Shown here piece by piece: positions 18,167-28,731 of a stretch of DNA of 64,000 nucleotides. Below the pieces are notes generated by a model that saw nothing but the letters and a program-made list of their open reading frames with translations, had not been told where the DNA came from and did no database searches. The stretch comes from Candidatus Zixiibacteriota bacterium. Lineage in GTDB: Bacteria > Zixibacteria > MSB-5A5 > UBA10806 > 4484-95. The first letter of the stretch is position 1; every line of letters starts with the position of its first letter. Location: the NCBI GenBank assembly GCA_037441845.1, contig JBBIRK010000004.1, positions 223,074 through 287,073 on the forward strand. The letters run 5' to 3'. The translations under genes were made by a program, and so were the position numbers.

Positions 18167-19723
18167 TCATAAGGGTATATTGCCGTGTTTTTTCGGTGGA
18201 TTGCTGTCCCGTTTGGTGGCAAGCATGCGTAATGCCCGGATAAGCCTGGGTCTGGTTTCCGAAGGCACGATGATATCGTCGATATATCCTCGTTCGGCCG
18301 CCTTGAAAGGTGATGCGAATAGGTTGCGATATTCTTCTTCTTTCTGCTTAAGTAACGCTTCCGGATCTGGTGCCGAGGCGATTTCCTTTTTGAAAATGAT
18401 TTCCGCCGCTCCTTTCGGGCCCATAACGGCGATTTCGGCGGTGGGCCAGGCATAGTTGATATCGCCTCGTATATGTTTCGACGACATGACGTCGTAGGCC
18501 CCGCCGTAGGCTTTTCTGGTGATTACGGTCAATTTCGGCACGGTCGCCTCGCAATAAGCATAAAGAAGCTTAGCCCCATGTTTGATAATGCCGCCATGTT
18601 CCTGGCCGATCCCCGGCAGAAACCCCGGAACGTCCTCGAAAGTGACCAGCGGGATATTGAAACAATCGCAGAAACGCACGAAGCGGGCGCCCTTGATCGA
18701 ACTGTCTATATCCAGCACTCCTGCGAGATGGGCGGGTTGGTTGGCGACGATCCCGACGGACTGCCCGCCGAGCCTGGCGAATCCGATGATTATATTCGGT
18801 GCGTAATCGGGCTGTACCTCAAGAAAATCGCCGTTATCGACGATTTTGCTTATAACGTCTTTCATATCATAAGGCTTGTTGGGATTCTCCGGCACCAAGC
18901 TGTTGAGTGTCTCGTCCGCGCGGTCGATCGGATCGGTGCACTCGACTCGCGGCGGATCATCGAGGTTGTTTTGCGGCATGAAACTGAGCAATCTTCTCGT
19001 CAGTTGCAGCGCTTTCACCTCATTTTCGCAGGCGAAATGGGATACTCCCGATTTCGTGGAATGCACCTCAGCGCCCCCTAATTGATCGAAACTGACTTCT
19101 TCGTGCGTAACCGTCTTGACCACGTTCGGCCCGGTGACGAACATGAAAGATGTCCCCTTAACCATTATCGTGAAATCGGTAATCGCCGGTGAATAGACCG
19201 CACCGCCGGCGCACGGCCCAAGAATCACGGAAATCTGCGGCACCACGCCGGAATAGAGAGTATTGCGCAAGAATATCTCGGCATAACCGCCAAGCGAGAC
19301 CACACCCTCCTGGATGCGAGCGCCCCCGGAATCATTCAGCCCGATGACCGGCGCTCCCACTTTCGCGGCCATATCCATTATTTTACATACTTTTTCGGCG
19401 AACGCCTCGGACAACGTTCCTCCGAAAACGGTGAAATCCTGGCTGAAAACGAACACCGGGCGTCCGTCTATCAGCCCCGTTCCCGTGACCACGCCATCGC
19501 CGAAATATTTTTCCTTATCCATATCGAACTCGACGGTTCGGTGGGTGACGAACATGTCGAATTCCTCGAAGGATCCGTCATCCAAAAGAATATCGATTCT
19601 TTCCCGGGCAGTTAATTTTCCTTTTTTATGCTGCGCTTCGATCCTGCTTACGCCGCCGCCTTCGAGGGCGGCCTGCCTCATTTGTTGCAGCAACTTGTTT
19701 CTTTCTTCAAGGTTCACTTTCAC
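18167..19723 (-). CDS. pccB: acyl-CoA carboxylase carboxyltransferase subunit (propionyl-CoA carboxylase beta / methylmalonyl-CoA decarboxylase alpha type)
   Basis: [59 protein letters not shown]. Confidence 0.9.
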   Translation of the reverse strand: MKVNLEERNKLLQQMRQAALEGGGVSRIEAQHKKGKLTARERIDILLDDGSFEEFDMFVTHRTVEFDMDKEKYFGDGVVTGTGLIDGRPVFVFSQDFTVFGGTLSEAFAEKVCKIMDMAAKVGAPVIGLNDSGGARIQEGVVSLGGYAEIFLRNTLYSGVVPQISVILGPCAGGAVYSPAITDFTIMVKGTSFMFVTGPNVVKTVTHEEVSFDQLGGAEVHSTKSGVSHFACENEVKALQLTRRLLSFMPQNNLDDPPRVECTDPIDRADETLNSLVPENPNKPYDMKDVISKIVDNGDFLEVQPDYAPNIIIGFARLGGQSVGIVANQPAHLAGVLDIDSSIKGARFVRFCDCFNIPLVTFEDVPGFLPGIGQEHGGIIKHGAKLLYAYCEATVPKLTVITRKAYGGAYDVMSSKHIRGDINYAWPTAEIAVMGPKGAAEIIFKKEIASAPDPEALLKQKEEEYRNLFASPFKAAERGYIDDIIVPSETRPRLIRALRMLATKRDSNPPKKHGNIPL

Positions 19724-19794
19724 GCCTCTCGATTTTAATCCGATCGAATTTTCGATCGCCGTCCGGGTTCGGCCGTTATCCGATTTCGTGTGTT

Positions 19795-20634
19795 TTATTC
19801 CACCTTAACGGGCACGACTTTACCGCTTTCATCTTCTTTGAACCTCGCGAACTTGAAATCGATATCGTGGTCGAATGCGAGGATCCAGTCTTCTTTGAGC
19901 ATTTTTTCGTTAAGCCAACGTTTGCGCATAATCGTGGTGGTCGGATCGAGATCGACCGCGGCGACGTAAGCTGTCCGCATATGCGCCGTCATCGGCATAA
20001 GGTCACCCGGATAGATCACCCTTTGCCCTCCGCCGTCTATCAAGACCGCTTGCATTCCCGGGGTATGCCCGCCGATCACCATCACCGATATTCCGGGAAA
20101 CAATACGTTATCGCCATCAAGCAATTCCAACTTACCCGATTGTTCGAATAATTTCAAGTTGTCCACCAAATAAGTCGCCGCGGTTCTTTCGTTGGGATTC
20201 ATGGCATCCTGCCATTCCCTCTTCTGCACGAAATATCTGGCTTTGGGGAAACGTAATCCCAGCCTGCCGTCAGTCTCCCGCTTAAGCGCACCCATCGCGT
20301 GATCGGCGTGAAGATGGGTGAAAATCACCGCGGTCACGTCTTCCGGCTTAATCGATATCTTTTCGAGTTCCAGAGGCCATCTCGTCGGTCCGCCGAGATT
20401 GTAGATTTTCAACTGACGCTCGTTCAGCACGTCCCCGAAACCGGCGTCCACAACTATCAGCTCTTTCCCGGCCCTGATCACCATCGGATTGATATCGAGC
20501 CTGATAAGATTGTTTTCATCCGCCGGACAGATCTTGTTCCACATGATTTTGGGGATAACGCCGAACATCGCCCCGCCGTCGAGTTTGAAATGATTTTCGA
20601 AAATCGAGATCAGTTCTATATCGCCTAATTTCAT
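19795..20634 (-). CDS. MBL-fold metallo-hydrolase (YtnP-like)
   Basis: [34 protein letters not shown]. Confidence 0.9.
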   Translation of the reverse strand: MKLGDIELISIFENHFKLDGGAMFGVIPKIMWNKICPADENNLIRLDINPMVIRAGKELIVVDAGFGDVLNERQLKIYNLGGPTRWPLELEKISIKPEDVTAVIFTHLHADHAMGALKRETDGRLGLRFPKARYFVQKREWQDAMNPNERTAATYLVDNLKLFEQSGKLELLDGDNVLFPGISVMVIGGHTPGMQAVLIDGGGQRVIYPGDLMPMTAHMRTAYVAAVDLDPTTTIMRKRWLNEKMLKEDWILAFDHDIDFKFARFKEDESGKVVPVKVE

Positions 20635-20811
20635 TGCGGCCGTCCTTGATTGAAACTTATTCCGGCAAATAAACCCATAAATATCATGTCATTATAATAC
20701 AATCGCACACTTACGGCAATCCCAGAATTAAATGCGGCCGATAAAGTATCGGTTCCCCTTGCCATTTCGGCGGACGGCCGATATTCTTCTTCTATAATGG
20801 TCATTTAACCA

Positions 20812-21258
20812 ATGAGTGAAAACATGAATGTGGCTGAGGGGTTGAGAGCGAACCATAAGGACCTGCTGCAATCTACAAGAGGGTTGACATCTGAACAGCT
20901 CGTTTCGGAAAATTCTTTCGGCCGCTGGTCGGCCCGAGACGTGTTGCTTCATATAGCGATGTGGGTGGGCGAGGTATTGAAAGCGGTTGCGGTTTGGAAA
21001 ACGAAGCATGATTACGACTGGGATTACGCGAAGGATTATTTATCGTACAATGATTTTTGGATTAACTCGACAAAACATCTTTCGGTCGATCAAGTATTGC
21101 AGATGCTGAATCTCCATCATTTCGTTCTTTACGGAGAGCTTTCCTCTATAAGCCCAGAAACTTGGACAAAACGGGGGATACCGGGTTGGCTGAAAGAAAT
21201 AGCGATCGACCACAGCCGTGAGCACGCCGCTAAATTGCGTGCTATCGTAATCGAGTGA
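20812..21258 (+). CDS. DinB/ClbS-DfsB-like four-helix bundle protein
   Basis: GRWSARDVLLHIAMW and C-terminal HSREH His triad. Confidence 0.8.
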   Translation: MSENMNVAEGLRANHKDLLQSTRGLTSEQLVSENSFGRWSARDVLLHIAMWVGEVLKAVAVWKTKHDYDWDYAKDYLSYNDFWINSTKHLSVDQVLQMLNLHHFVLYGELSSISPETWTKRGIPGWLKEIAIDHSREHAAKLRAIVIE

Positions 21259-21384
21259 GCGCTTGAACGATCCGGCTGGCGCGGAGATCGAAACAATTCA
21301 CGAATAGCCGATGCTCAAATCTATTGCCTTGTATTCGTGATTTCATATATTTGCCATTACCAACGGGCTTCAGCGATGGAGGGA

Positions 21385-21861
21385 ATGCTGATTATTACTG
21401 AGGCGATAGAAGCGGCCAACAGATCGATCACCGCCTTTTTGGAGGTGCTTGCCGATATCCCGCAAGAGTCTCTTACTAAGCCGAAAACGGTAGGTGATTG
21501 GTCGATCAAAGATATTATAATTCATCTGGCGGTTTGGGAGGAGGAGGCGGCCAGGGCGTTCGAAATCTGGAAAATCGGAATCGAACCGGACTGGTCGCAT
21601 ATCGATAATCTCGACAAATTCAACCAGGAATCGATCAATTCGCGGCGGCGTTGGTCAACCTCCAAAGCGATCGAACATTTGAAAACGGTTCATAACGGCA
21701 TAATCGAAAATATAAAAAGCTTTCCCGAAAGCGAATTCGCCAAGCGGGGAGGGATGCCACGCTGGCTTTATAGTCAAATCACCAGCCATATCGAGGAGCA
21801 TGCAGCAAAGGTGGCGGCTTATAAACACCGGCTTACCGCTCTTCCGGAATCTAAAATGTAA
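21385..21861 (+). CDS. DinB/ClbS-DfsB-like four-helix bundle protein (paralog of the upstream gene)
   Basis: GDWSIKDIIIHLAVWE and HIEEH; GGAGG SD before ATG 21385. Confidence 0.8.
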   Translation: MLIITEAIEAANRSITAFLEVLADIPQESLTKPKTVGDWSIKDIIIHLAVWEEEAARAFEIWKIGIEPDWSHIDNLDKFNQESINSRRRWSTSKAIEHLKTVHNGIIENIKSFPESEFAKRGGMPRWLYSQITSHIEEHAAKVAAYKHRLTALPESKM

Positions 21862-21980
21862 GGCTATTTCATCGAAGCGCGGACGGAAACTAATTCGAGC
21901 CTTATGGATGTGCGCCTTTGGTCCCCGATGGGAATAGGCGTATCATAAAAAAACAATTGCATCCAACCCGCAATTCTCCC

Positions 21981-22682
21981 ATGGCAGAACCTGGAAAATA
22001 CAAAAAGGTTATCGTCTCTGCGTTCCCCGATTATAAATTCAGCTGGGAGATATATACGGAGCTAATTCTGGACAAATTAAAAGATGATCCGATCTGGCTT
22101 GATCTCGGTGCCGGCACAAATATCATTATCAAAGAACAGCCCGGTGCCCGATTCGCGCTCGGAATCGATCAAGAGATGCCCGATGACGTATTTACCGATG
22201 ACCACGCCGCTTACTGCGTGGCTGATATCTGCCGACTGCCGCTGAAAAATGATAGCTTCGATTTCATAACCAGTCGATTCACTTTCGAACATCTTGCCGA
22301 CCCGGAAACGGCGCTGATCGAGGCTGAACGCGTGCTTCGACCGGGCGGAATTTTTATAGTTCAGACGACTAATTGCCGAAATCCCCTCGTACTTATGGCA
22401 AGATTCATCCCCTATTTTATAAAGAAGCCTCTTTATCGGAAATTATTCGGAGAGCCGCCGTCTGGCATATTCAAGACTCATTACAAAATAAACACTCCGA
22501 GGCGATTGTTCCGAGTGGTAAATGGCCTGCGGCCGAAAAAGCTTTATTTGATTGAAGATATTCTCTACGGCTCCAAATTTCTCTTTTATGGATCGTTTCT
22601 TATGTATAGATTATTACGGTTCTTTGGACTGGAATCGTTTTACGGTAATATGATCGCCGTTTACGAAAAAGGCGAAAGTTGA
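21981..22682 (+). CDS. class I SAM-dependent methyltransferase
   Basis: WLDLGAG, ADICRLPLKNDSFDFI, FEHL, RVLRPGG. Confidence 0.88.
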   Translation: MAEPGKYKKVIVSAFPDYKFSWEIYTELILDKLKDDPIWLDLGAGTNIIIKEQPGARFALGIDQEMPDDVFTDDHAAYCVADICRLPLKNDSFDFITSRFTFEHLADPETALIEAERVLRPGGIFIVQTTNCRNPLVLMARFIPYFIKKPLYRKLFGEPPSGIFKTHYKINTPRRLFRVVNGLRPKKLYLIEDILYGSKFLFYGSFLMYRLLRFFGLESFYGNMIAVYEKGES

Positions 22683-22683
22683 C

Positions 22684-24180
22684 GTGCTGAAGTTCGATAA
22701 AATCCTCATTGCCAATCGCGGCGAAATAGCGGTGAGGATTATTCGCGCTTGCCGAGATCTCGGGATAAAGACGGTGGCTGTTTATTCTGAGGCTGACCGC
22801 TATTCTCGTCACGTAGAGCTCGCCGATGAGGCCATATGCATCGGTCCACCACCGTCCGTTCAATCTTATTTGGTGATGCAAAACGTGATCAAAGCAGCCA
22901 AATCGACCGGGGCGCAGGCGGTTCATCCCGGTTACGGATTCCTATCGGAAAATGCGGAGTTCGCTCGGGCGGTCGATCAAGCCGGTTTGACATTTATCGG
23001 GCCGCCGGCCTCCGCTATCGCCATGATGGGTGACAAAATGGCCGCTCGTGCGGCGATGCAGCAATCCGGGGTGCCGGTCGTTCCCGGAACGGTTGACCCG
23101 ATCGAATCCGAAGAGCAATGCCGTCAAGTGATCGAGAAAATCGGACTGCCGGTGCTGATTAAAGCGGCGGGGGGCGGGGGAGGCAAGGGGATGCGGGTCG
23201 TCCATTCTATGGATGACATAGAGCGTTCCTTGCGCAGCGCCGTTTCCGAGGCCGGATCGGCGTTCGGAGATAGCCGCGTTTACATAGAAAAATATATATC
23301 CGAGCCCAGGCACATAGAAATTCAAATCTTCGCCGACATTCACGGAAATTGTTGCTATTTGGGCGAGCGCGAATGTTCAATTCAGCGGCGTCACCAAAAG
23401 GTCATCGAGGAAGCGCCGAGTCCGATAGTCGACCAAGCCATGCGCAGAAAGATGGGCGAGGCGGCCGTTGCCGCTGCCCGGGCCTGCGGCTATATCAATG
23501 CCGGCACGGTGGAATTCCTCGTGGACGGCACCGGCGAATTTTATTTTCTCGAAATGAACACCCGCCTTCAGGTGGAACATCCGGTCACCGAGATGGTTAC
23601 CGGAATCGATATGGTTGTCGAGCAGATAAGGGTGGCATCGGGTTTGCCGCTGAGTTTCACACAGGATGACATTAAAATTTCCGGTCACGCAATCGAATGT
23701 CGCATCTATGCGGAAGATCCGGCTACATTCCTTCCGGCGGTCGGCAAATTGAAAAAATATCGTGAGCCTTCGGGTCCGGGCATCCGGGTCGATTCAGGCG
23801 TCTATGAGGGAGCCGAAATATCGGTCTATTACGACCCGCTGATTGCCAAACTGGTCGCCTCCGGCGGCAACCGGGAAATCGCCTGCGCGAGAATGCGTCG
23901 CGCGCTCAAAGAATACACCATCGCCGGAGTCGTAACCAACCTCGATTTTCACCGCAAAGTGCTGGAAAACGAAAAATTCGCCGCCGGGAAAATTTCCACT
24001 CACTTTATCGAACAAAATTACTCGGGCCCGGACGATCCTGATCCGAAGGAGCTTCAGCTTGCGGCGATTGCCGCCGTTTTAGCCGATCATCGCTCGAAAC
24101 GCAGCGTGTTTTCGCATGCCAAAAGCACCGGCAGCCGCTGGCTGGAATACGGGCGACGGATGGGACTGAGAGCAAGTTAG
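22684..24180 (+). CDS. accC: biotin carboxylase subunit of an acyl-CoA carboxylase
   Basis: KILIANRGEIA, HPGYGFLSEN, KAAGGGGGKGMR, ERECSIQRRHQK, EMNTRLQVEHPVTE. Confidence 0.93.
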   Translation: MLKFDKILIANRGEIAVRIIRACRDLGIKTVAVYSEADRYSRHVELADEAICIGPPPSVQSYLVMQNVIKAAKSTGAQAVHPGYGFLSENAEFARAVDQAGLTFIGPPASAIAMMGDKMAARAAMQQSGVPVVPGTVDPIESEEQCRQVIEKIGLPVLIKAAGGGGGKGMRVVHSMDDIERSLRSAVSEAGSAFGDSRVYIEKYISEPRHIEIQIFADIHGNCCYLGERECSIQRRHQKVIEEAPSPIVDQAMRRKMGEAAVAAARACGYINAGTVEFLVDGTGEFYFLEMNTRLQVEHPVTEMVTGIDMVVEQIRVASGLPLSFTQDDIKISGHAIECRIYAEDPATFLPAVGKLKKYREPSGPGIRVDSGVYEGAEISVYYDPLIAKLVASGGNREIACARMRRALKEYTIAGVVTNLDFHRKVLENEKFAAGKISTHFIEQNYSGPDDPDPKELQLAAIAAVLADHRSKRSVFSHAKSTGSRWLEYGRRMGLRAS

Positions 24181-24189
24181 GGAGGCATT

Positions 24190-24699
24190 ATGATCTACTC
24201 CGCCCAGGCGGGATCCAAGCAATTCAAGATCGAAATCAAGGGTGGCGACAACGGAGACCTTGAACTCAAACTCGATGAACAGCCGATAAAAATCGATCGA
24301 TATGAGTTCGAGGCGAACAATTCACTGAGACTGGCGATCGGAGGCCGCACCGCCGAAATCGTAGTCGAAAAAAACCAGGACGACTATCATTGTTGGCTGA
24401 ATTCCAGATTGATTAAATGCGAAGTCATAGACGAAAAATCAGCCAAATACAGTGGGCTTGCAGGAAGCGGTCAAGGGTCCCGAAAAGGGTATACTCTTGC
24501 AGCGCCGATGCCCGGCCTGATACTCAAAGTAGAAGTTGAGGTCGGCCAGAAAGTCGAAAAGGGACAGGGTTTGGTAATCATGGAAGCCATGAAAATGGAG
24601 AACGAATTGCGTTCGGCGCATAGCGGAACCGTCAAGGAAATAAAGGTTTCACCGGGGCAAACGGTTGATAAAAATCAGCCGCTGATTATATTCGACTGA
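24190..24699 (+). CDS. biotin carboxyl carrier protein (biotin/lipoyl domain)
   Basis: APMPG...MEAMKMENEL biotinylation motif. Confidence 0.92.
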   Translation: MIYSAQAGSKQFKIEIKGGDNGDLELKLDEQPIKIDRYEFEANNSLRLAIGGRTAEIVVEKNQDDYHCWLNSRLIKCEVIDEKSAKYSGLAGSGQGSRKGYTLAAPMPGLILKVEVEVGQKVEKGQGLVIMEAMKMENELRSAHSGTVKEIKVSPGQTVDKNQPLIIFD

Positions 24700-24804
24700 T
24701 CGATTCATTCGATAGCTCGGAAAAATAGAGAATCGCCCGCCGACGGCTACATAAATCCATCTCGCTCCGAATCGTATAATGCCGATATAAATCAGATGAC
24801 CCGA

Positions 24805-25653
24805 TTAATCTCTAAAGAAATGACGCATGACGAAGAAGATATTCTCTTTGCGTTCACGCAATCGACGCAGGTAATAGGGGATCCAGTGTGTTCCAAAAGG
24901 TGCATAAATCCGCATTCTGTATCCCTTTTGAACCAAATTCCTCTGACCCGAACGATTTATTCCATATAACATCTGAAATTCATAATCACCGTTTTTTTTA
25001 CCCAGCTGCTCGGCCTGCCGTATCGCGGCCTCGATCATCTTGCCGTCATGTGTGGCTATTGCCGGATAATGCCCGCCCTTCAATAGCATCCCCGCCAATT
25101 TGACGAAATTGGCGTTTACCGCCTCTTTGGCCTGAAAAGCCACCTCTTTAGGCTCGCGATAGGCGCCTTTACACAGCCTTACCGATACGCCCCGCCGTAT
25201 GCACTCGGCCACGTCTTCCTCGGAGCGGTAAAGATAAGCTTGAATCACCGCCCCTACGTTGCCGTATTTCTCGTGCCATCGGTAAACCAGATTAAGCGTT
25301 CTTTCCGTGTATAGGGAGCCTTCCATATCCACTCTGACGAAATTTCTCAAACCGTCAGCCGTCTCGAGTATCCTGCTTACATTATCGAAACAGAATTCGT
25401 TCGAAATATCCAGCCCCATTTGAGTCAGCTTAATCGATATGTGCGAATCTATGCCGGATGCCGCGATGGTTGTAAGCAGACCGATATAGTTGTCGGCGGC
25501 GCGGGTCGCCTGCTCCTTGCTCTTGACGTTTTCGCCCAGAATATCGAGGGTCGCGCTCATTCCCATCCGATTCAATCGACGAACCGCCTCGATAGCGCTT
25601 TCCATGGTTTCACCGGTAATGAATCTCTTGGCAAAAATGGTCAATACGCTCAC
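24805..25653 (-). CDS. monofunctional proline dehydrogenase
   Basis: RFITGE, LDILGE, SIKLTQMG, RVDME, QAYLYRS, RLCKGAY, IATHD, FQMLYG, RRLRER. Confidence 0.93.
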   Translation of the reverse strand: MSVLTIFAKRFITGETMESAIEAVRRLNRMGMSATLDILGENVKSKEQATRAADNYIGLLTTIAASGIDSHISIKLTQMGLDISNEFCFDNVSRILETADGLRNFVRVDMEGSLYTERTLNLVYRWHEKYGNVGAVIQAYLYRSEEDVAECIRRGVSVRLCKGAYREPKEVAFQAKEAVNANFVKLAGMLLKGGHYPAIATHDGKMIEAAIRQAEQLGKKNGDYEFQMLYGINRSGQRNLVQKGYRMRIYAPFGTHWIPYYLRRLRERKENIFFVMRHFFRD

Positions 25654-25744
25654 ATCGACCTCCTCACCTGACGAGCTGCAATCTATGGTCGGTATGAACT
25701 GTTGGCAAGTGAAAATATTCGCAAGTGCCGATGAAAATACGGAA

Positions 25745-26917
25745 TTATTTGTTTGGGGCGGGCGGCTCGGTTTTATCGGCGGCGCTGTTTTCTATATCCA
25801 GCATCTTCATTCCCTCGGTGTAAGCCATGGTATGCGGTTCCACCACTCGAAGCAGTTTCTGGGTGACCTGGCGGATTCTCAAGGCGCTCTTCTCGATAGT
25901 CTCGAGCTTGAGAATTATATCTTCGCTCAGGTTTTCCTTGTTGAGTAGAATCAGCTGGGTATTGCCGAGTATCGCAGTCAGCGGATTATTGACTTCGTGA
26001 TTGACCGCCACCGCCGTCTCGAGCACCGAAGCGAGCTTTTCACCCTTTACGATTGTCTTGTGATCTCGGATGAGATTCTTCAGTGTTTCCGCAATCTCGG
26101 AATAACCTAGCGGAGTCCCGAGTTCCACGATCAACCCCCTGAACCGGGAAATTAATAATTCCGGATCATGAAACGTTCCCCCCATCAACACGGTGAGGTT
26201 TTCCTCGTTGATTTTGACCTCTCTCCAGGCTATGGACTGTATCTTGAGATCAGACGGAAACGCCGATTTCAGAGAAGCGATTTCCTCATCGGAAGCCGAC
26301 TGTTGATCTTTGCTCAGGATTTCGCTGTGCCTGCCGGAAATCGCTATCGATTTGACCTGTTTGTGACCGATATCCGCAAGCAAGCCGTGGGTAGGTTCCT
26401 TTTTTCCCGATATGAGGATTAAATTAACGCCGGTCGATGCGAATTCCCGCAATGCGTTCAGCGCCAGCGCACCGATATCGACAGTCGCCCGGGCTCCCTT
26501 TGCAGTCAGAATCGCACCCATGATGTTTGCGCTTAATTCGAGTATCTGTCCCATGATATGACGGAATTGATTTCCCGATTCGGCGGCAACGGCCACGATA
26601 CCGCCATAACCCGGAATTGATTTTATTCTGGCCGCCCAAATCACAGTTCTGACTTCGCCGTCTAAATCGATTCTACAAGAGCGGGCATCGATCCGGCAGA
26701 GGCGGCTATAAGACTCGTTTATCGCTTTCAGATAAGCTGGATTGCCTTTGGCCGACTCGGAAATCACTCCGCCCGAATATTCGATTCGGGCAAGAGCCGC
26801 ATACGGCTTGACCCAACTCATTAGGGAATCGACTGCTTTTCCTGTCAAATTTTCCGGTGTGGCAAAAGTCAGCTCGTGGAGCGATTCGATTAATCCATAA
26901 AACGGCCAGATTTCCAT
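25745..26917 (-). CDS. HisKA (phospho-acceptor)-domain protein lacking an HATPase domain
   Basis: C-terminal H-box AVAVNHEVNNPLTAILG; no N/G1/G2 boxes before the stop. Confidence 0.75.
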   Translation of the reverse strand: MEIWPFYGLIESLHELTFATPENLTGKAVDSLMSWVKPYAALARIEYSGGVISESAKGNPAYLKAINESYSRLCRIDARSCRIDLDGEVRTVIWAARIKSIPGYGGIVAVAAESGNQFRHIMGQILELSANIMGAILTAKGARATVDIGALALNALREFASTGVNLILISGKKEPTHGLLADIGHKQVKSIAISGRHSEILSKDQQSASDEEIASLKSAFPSDLKIQSIAWREVKINEENLTVLMGGTFHDPELLISRFRGLIVELGTPLGYSEIAETLKNLIRDHKTIVKGEKLASVLETAVAVNHEVNNPLTAILGNTQLILLNKENLSEDIILKLETIEKSALRIRQVTQKLLRVVEPHTMAYTEGMKMLDIENSAADKTEPPAPNK

Positions 26918-26964
26918 TTAATCGATCTTTCTTAATTCCAAAGAAGGAAAATTTTATCCCTGCC

Positions 26965-27000
26965 ATATTACTTGACAAATTTGAGCCATGTCAATAAGAT
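26965..27000. promoter_or_regulatory. overlapping divergent sigma70-type promoters (purF and HisKA gene)
   Basis: Plus strand TTGACA-N17-TAAGAT (26972-27000); minus strand TTGACA-N18-TAATAT (26994-26965). Confidence 0.55.
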
Positions 27001-27044
27001 ATCGGCTCTAAAACAGATATCGGCAGCCGACAAAAGGTAGTTGA

Positions 27045-28400
27045 ATGATTTACGATAAATGTGGCGTATTTGGAATCACCGGCACGCGAAACGCCGTAAC
27101 CCTCACATATTTTGGCCTTTATGCGCTTCAACATCGGGGACAGGAATCATGCGGAATCGCCGCCAGCGACGGTGCCAAAATCACGCTCGCAAACGGTATG
27201 GGTAAGGTAAACGAGGTTTTCGCTATGCCTGGGCAGTTGAAGAAACTTAAGGGCCATATGGCGATAGGTCATAATCGATACTCAACCACCGGCGAATCGA
27301 TACAAACCAATACTCAGCCGCTGATGATCAATTGCAAATTCGGCCCTCTGGCGATCGCCCATAACGGCAATTTGACCAACTATAGAAAATTGAAAAAGGC
27401 GATGGAAGCGGAAGGATCGATTTTCGGAACGACATCCGACACCGAGGTCATACTTCACCTGATCGCCCAATCGAAAAAAAAGCGTATCGAGCAAGCTTTG
27501 GCCGATGCTTTGAGAAAGGTTACCGGGGCGTATTCCTTAGTAATTCTGACAGGCCGCAACTTGATCGCGGCCCGCGACCCCGCCGGGGTCAGGCCGTTGG
27601 CGCTCGGCAAATTGAGAAACTCGTGGGTTGTGGCATCGGAAACCTGTGCATTCGATATTATTGGGGCCCGTTATCTGCGGGATATCGAACCCGGCGAAAT
27701 TCTATTGGCCAACGGCGGAAAGTTGAAGTCCTACAAGATTTTGCCGGTGCGCAGACATGCTTTTTGCATATTCGAATTTATCTATTTTTCGCGGCCTGAC
27801 TCCATGATTTTCGGCATCAACGTCGATAAAGTCCGTCGCCGACTCGGGAGACAGCTTGCCAGGGAGCATCCGGTTGAAGCCGATATCGTGATCTCCGTCC
27901 CGGACAGCTCAAATACGGCCGCGCTCGGTTTCTCGGAGGCCGCAGGAATTCCCTATGAAATCGGCCTGATACGCAATCACTATGTGGGGAGAACATTTAT
28001 CGAGCCCGAACAGAAAATCAGAGACCTTGACGCCAAAATAAAATTCAACCCGATTAGAGGTGTTTTGAAAAACAAGCGAGTGGTCATCGTAGATGACTCG
28101 ATAGTCCGGGGAACAACCTCGCGAAAGCTGGTGAAACTTATCAGGGAAGCAGGGGCCAAGGAGGTCCATATGCGGATATCATCGCCGCCTATAATAAGCC
28201 CCTGCTACTACGGCATCGATATGCCCACCAAGAAGGAGCTTATCGCTTCCAATCGTTCCGTAAGTTCGATCCGAACCTACCTTGGGGTGGATTCGTTGGG
28301 ATATTTATCCATGGATGGCATGCTTTCTTTGGCGGCATTGCCGAAATCGGAATATTGTCATGCTTGTTTTTCTGGGGAATATACCATCCCTATAAAATAA
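27045..28400 (+). CDS. purF: amidophosphoribosyltransferase
   Basis: Propeptide then CGVFG, LQHRGQE, GHNRYST, HNGNL, VPDS, VDDSIVRGTT, CYYGID, CHAC (Fe-S type). Confidence 0.97.
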   Translation: MIYDKCGVFGITGTRNAVTLTYFGLYALQHRGQESCGIAASDGAKITLANGMGKVNEVFAMPGQLKKLKGHMAIGHNRYSTTGESIQTNTQPLMINCKFGPLAIAHNGNLTNYRKLKKAMEAEGSIFGTTSDTEVILHLIAQSKKKRIEQALADALRKVTGAYSLVILTGRNLIAARDPAGVRPLALGKLRNSWVVASETCAFDIIGARYLRDIEPGEILLANGGKLKSYKILPVRRHAFCIFEFIYFSRPDSMIFGINVDKVRRRLGRQLAREHPVEADIVISVPDSSNTAALGFSEAAGIPYEIGLIRNHYVGRTFIEPEQKIRDLDAKIKFNPIRGVLKNKRVVIVDDSIVRGTTSRKLVKLIREAGAKEVHMRISSPPIISPCYYGIDMPTKKELIASNRSVSSIRTYLGVDSLGYLSMDGMLSLAALPKSEYCHACFSGEYTIPIK

Positions 28401-28658
28401 GCTTATAAGAGCATTAGTTGCCCTTACGCAGACCTGGCGCAGCCAAAGGCATTGCGTATAGCTTCATACGCATAACATACGCATTAAAGTTGTCTTGACT
28501 CTCGCCACTGTTTCTATTAGTTAAATGCTGAAATCGCAGGATTGCCGTTTAGTTATTTCCCGGCAAGCCAGGCTTTATAATGATACGGCGAACGAAAGGA
28601 GGGCATGGAGAAGCAAATTTCATAGGTGACTGATTATATTTGTTTTGCGGCAATCGAG

Positions 28659-28695
28659 GAGGTCTCTTTCATCATGAATAGAGGCCTCTATTATT
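28659..28695. terminator. hairpin, probable terminator between purF and corA
   Basis: GAGGTCTCT...AGAGGCCTC stem followed by TATTATT. Confidence 0.55.
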
Positions 28696-28731
28696 GAATA
28701 CCCGAATTATCTGATCACCCCAATGCGGCTT

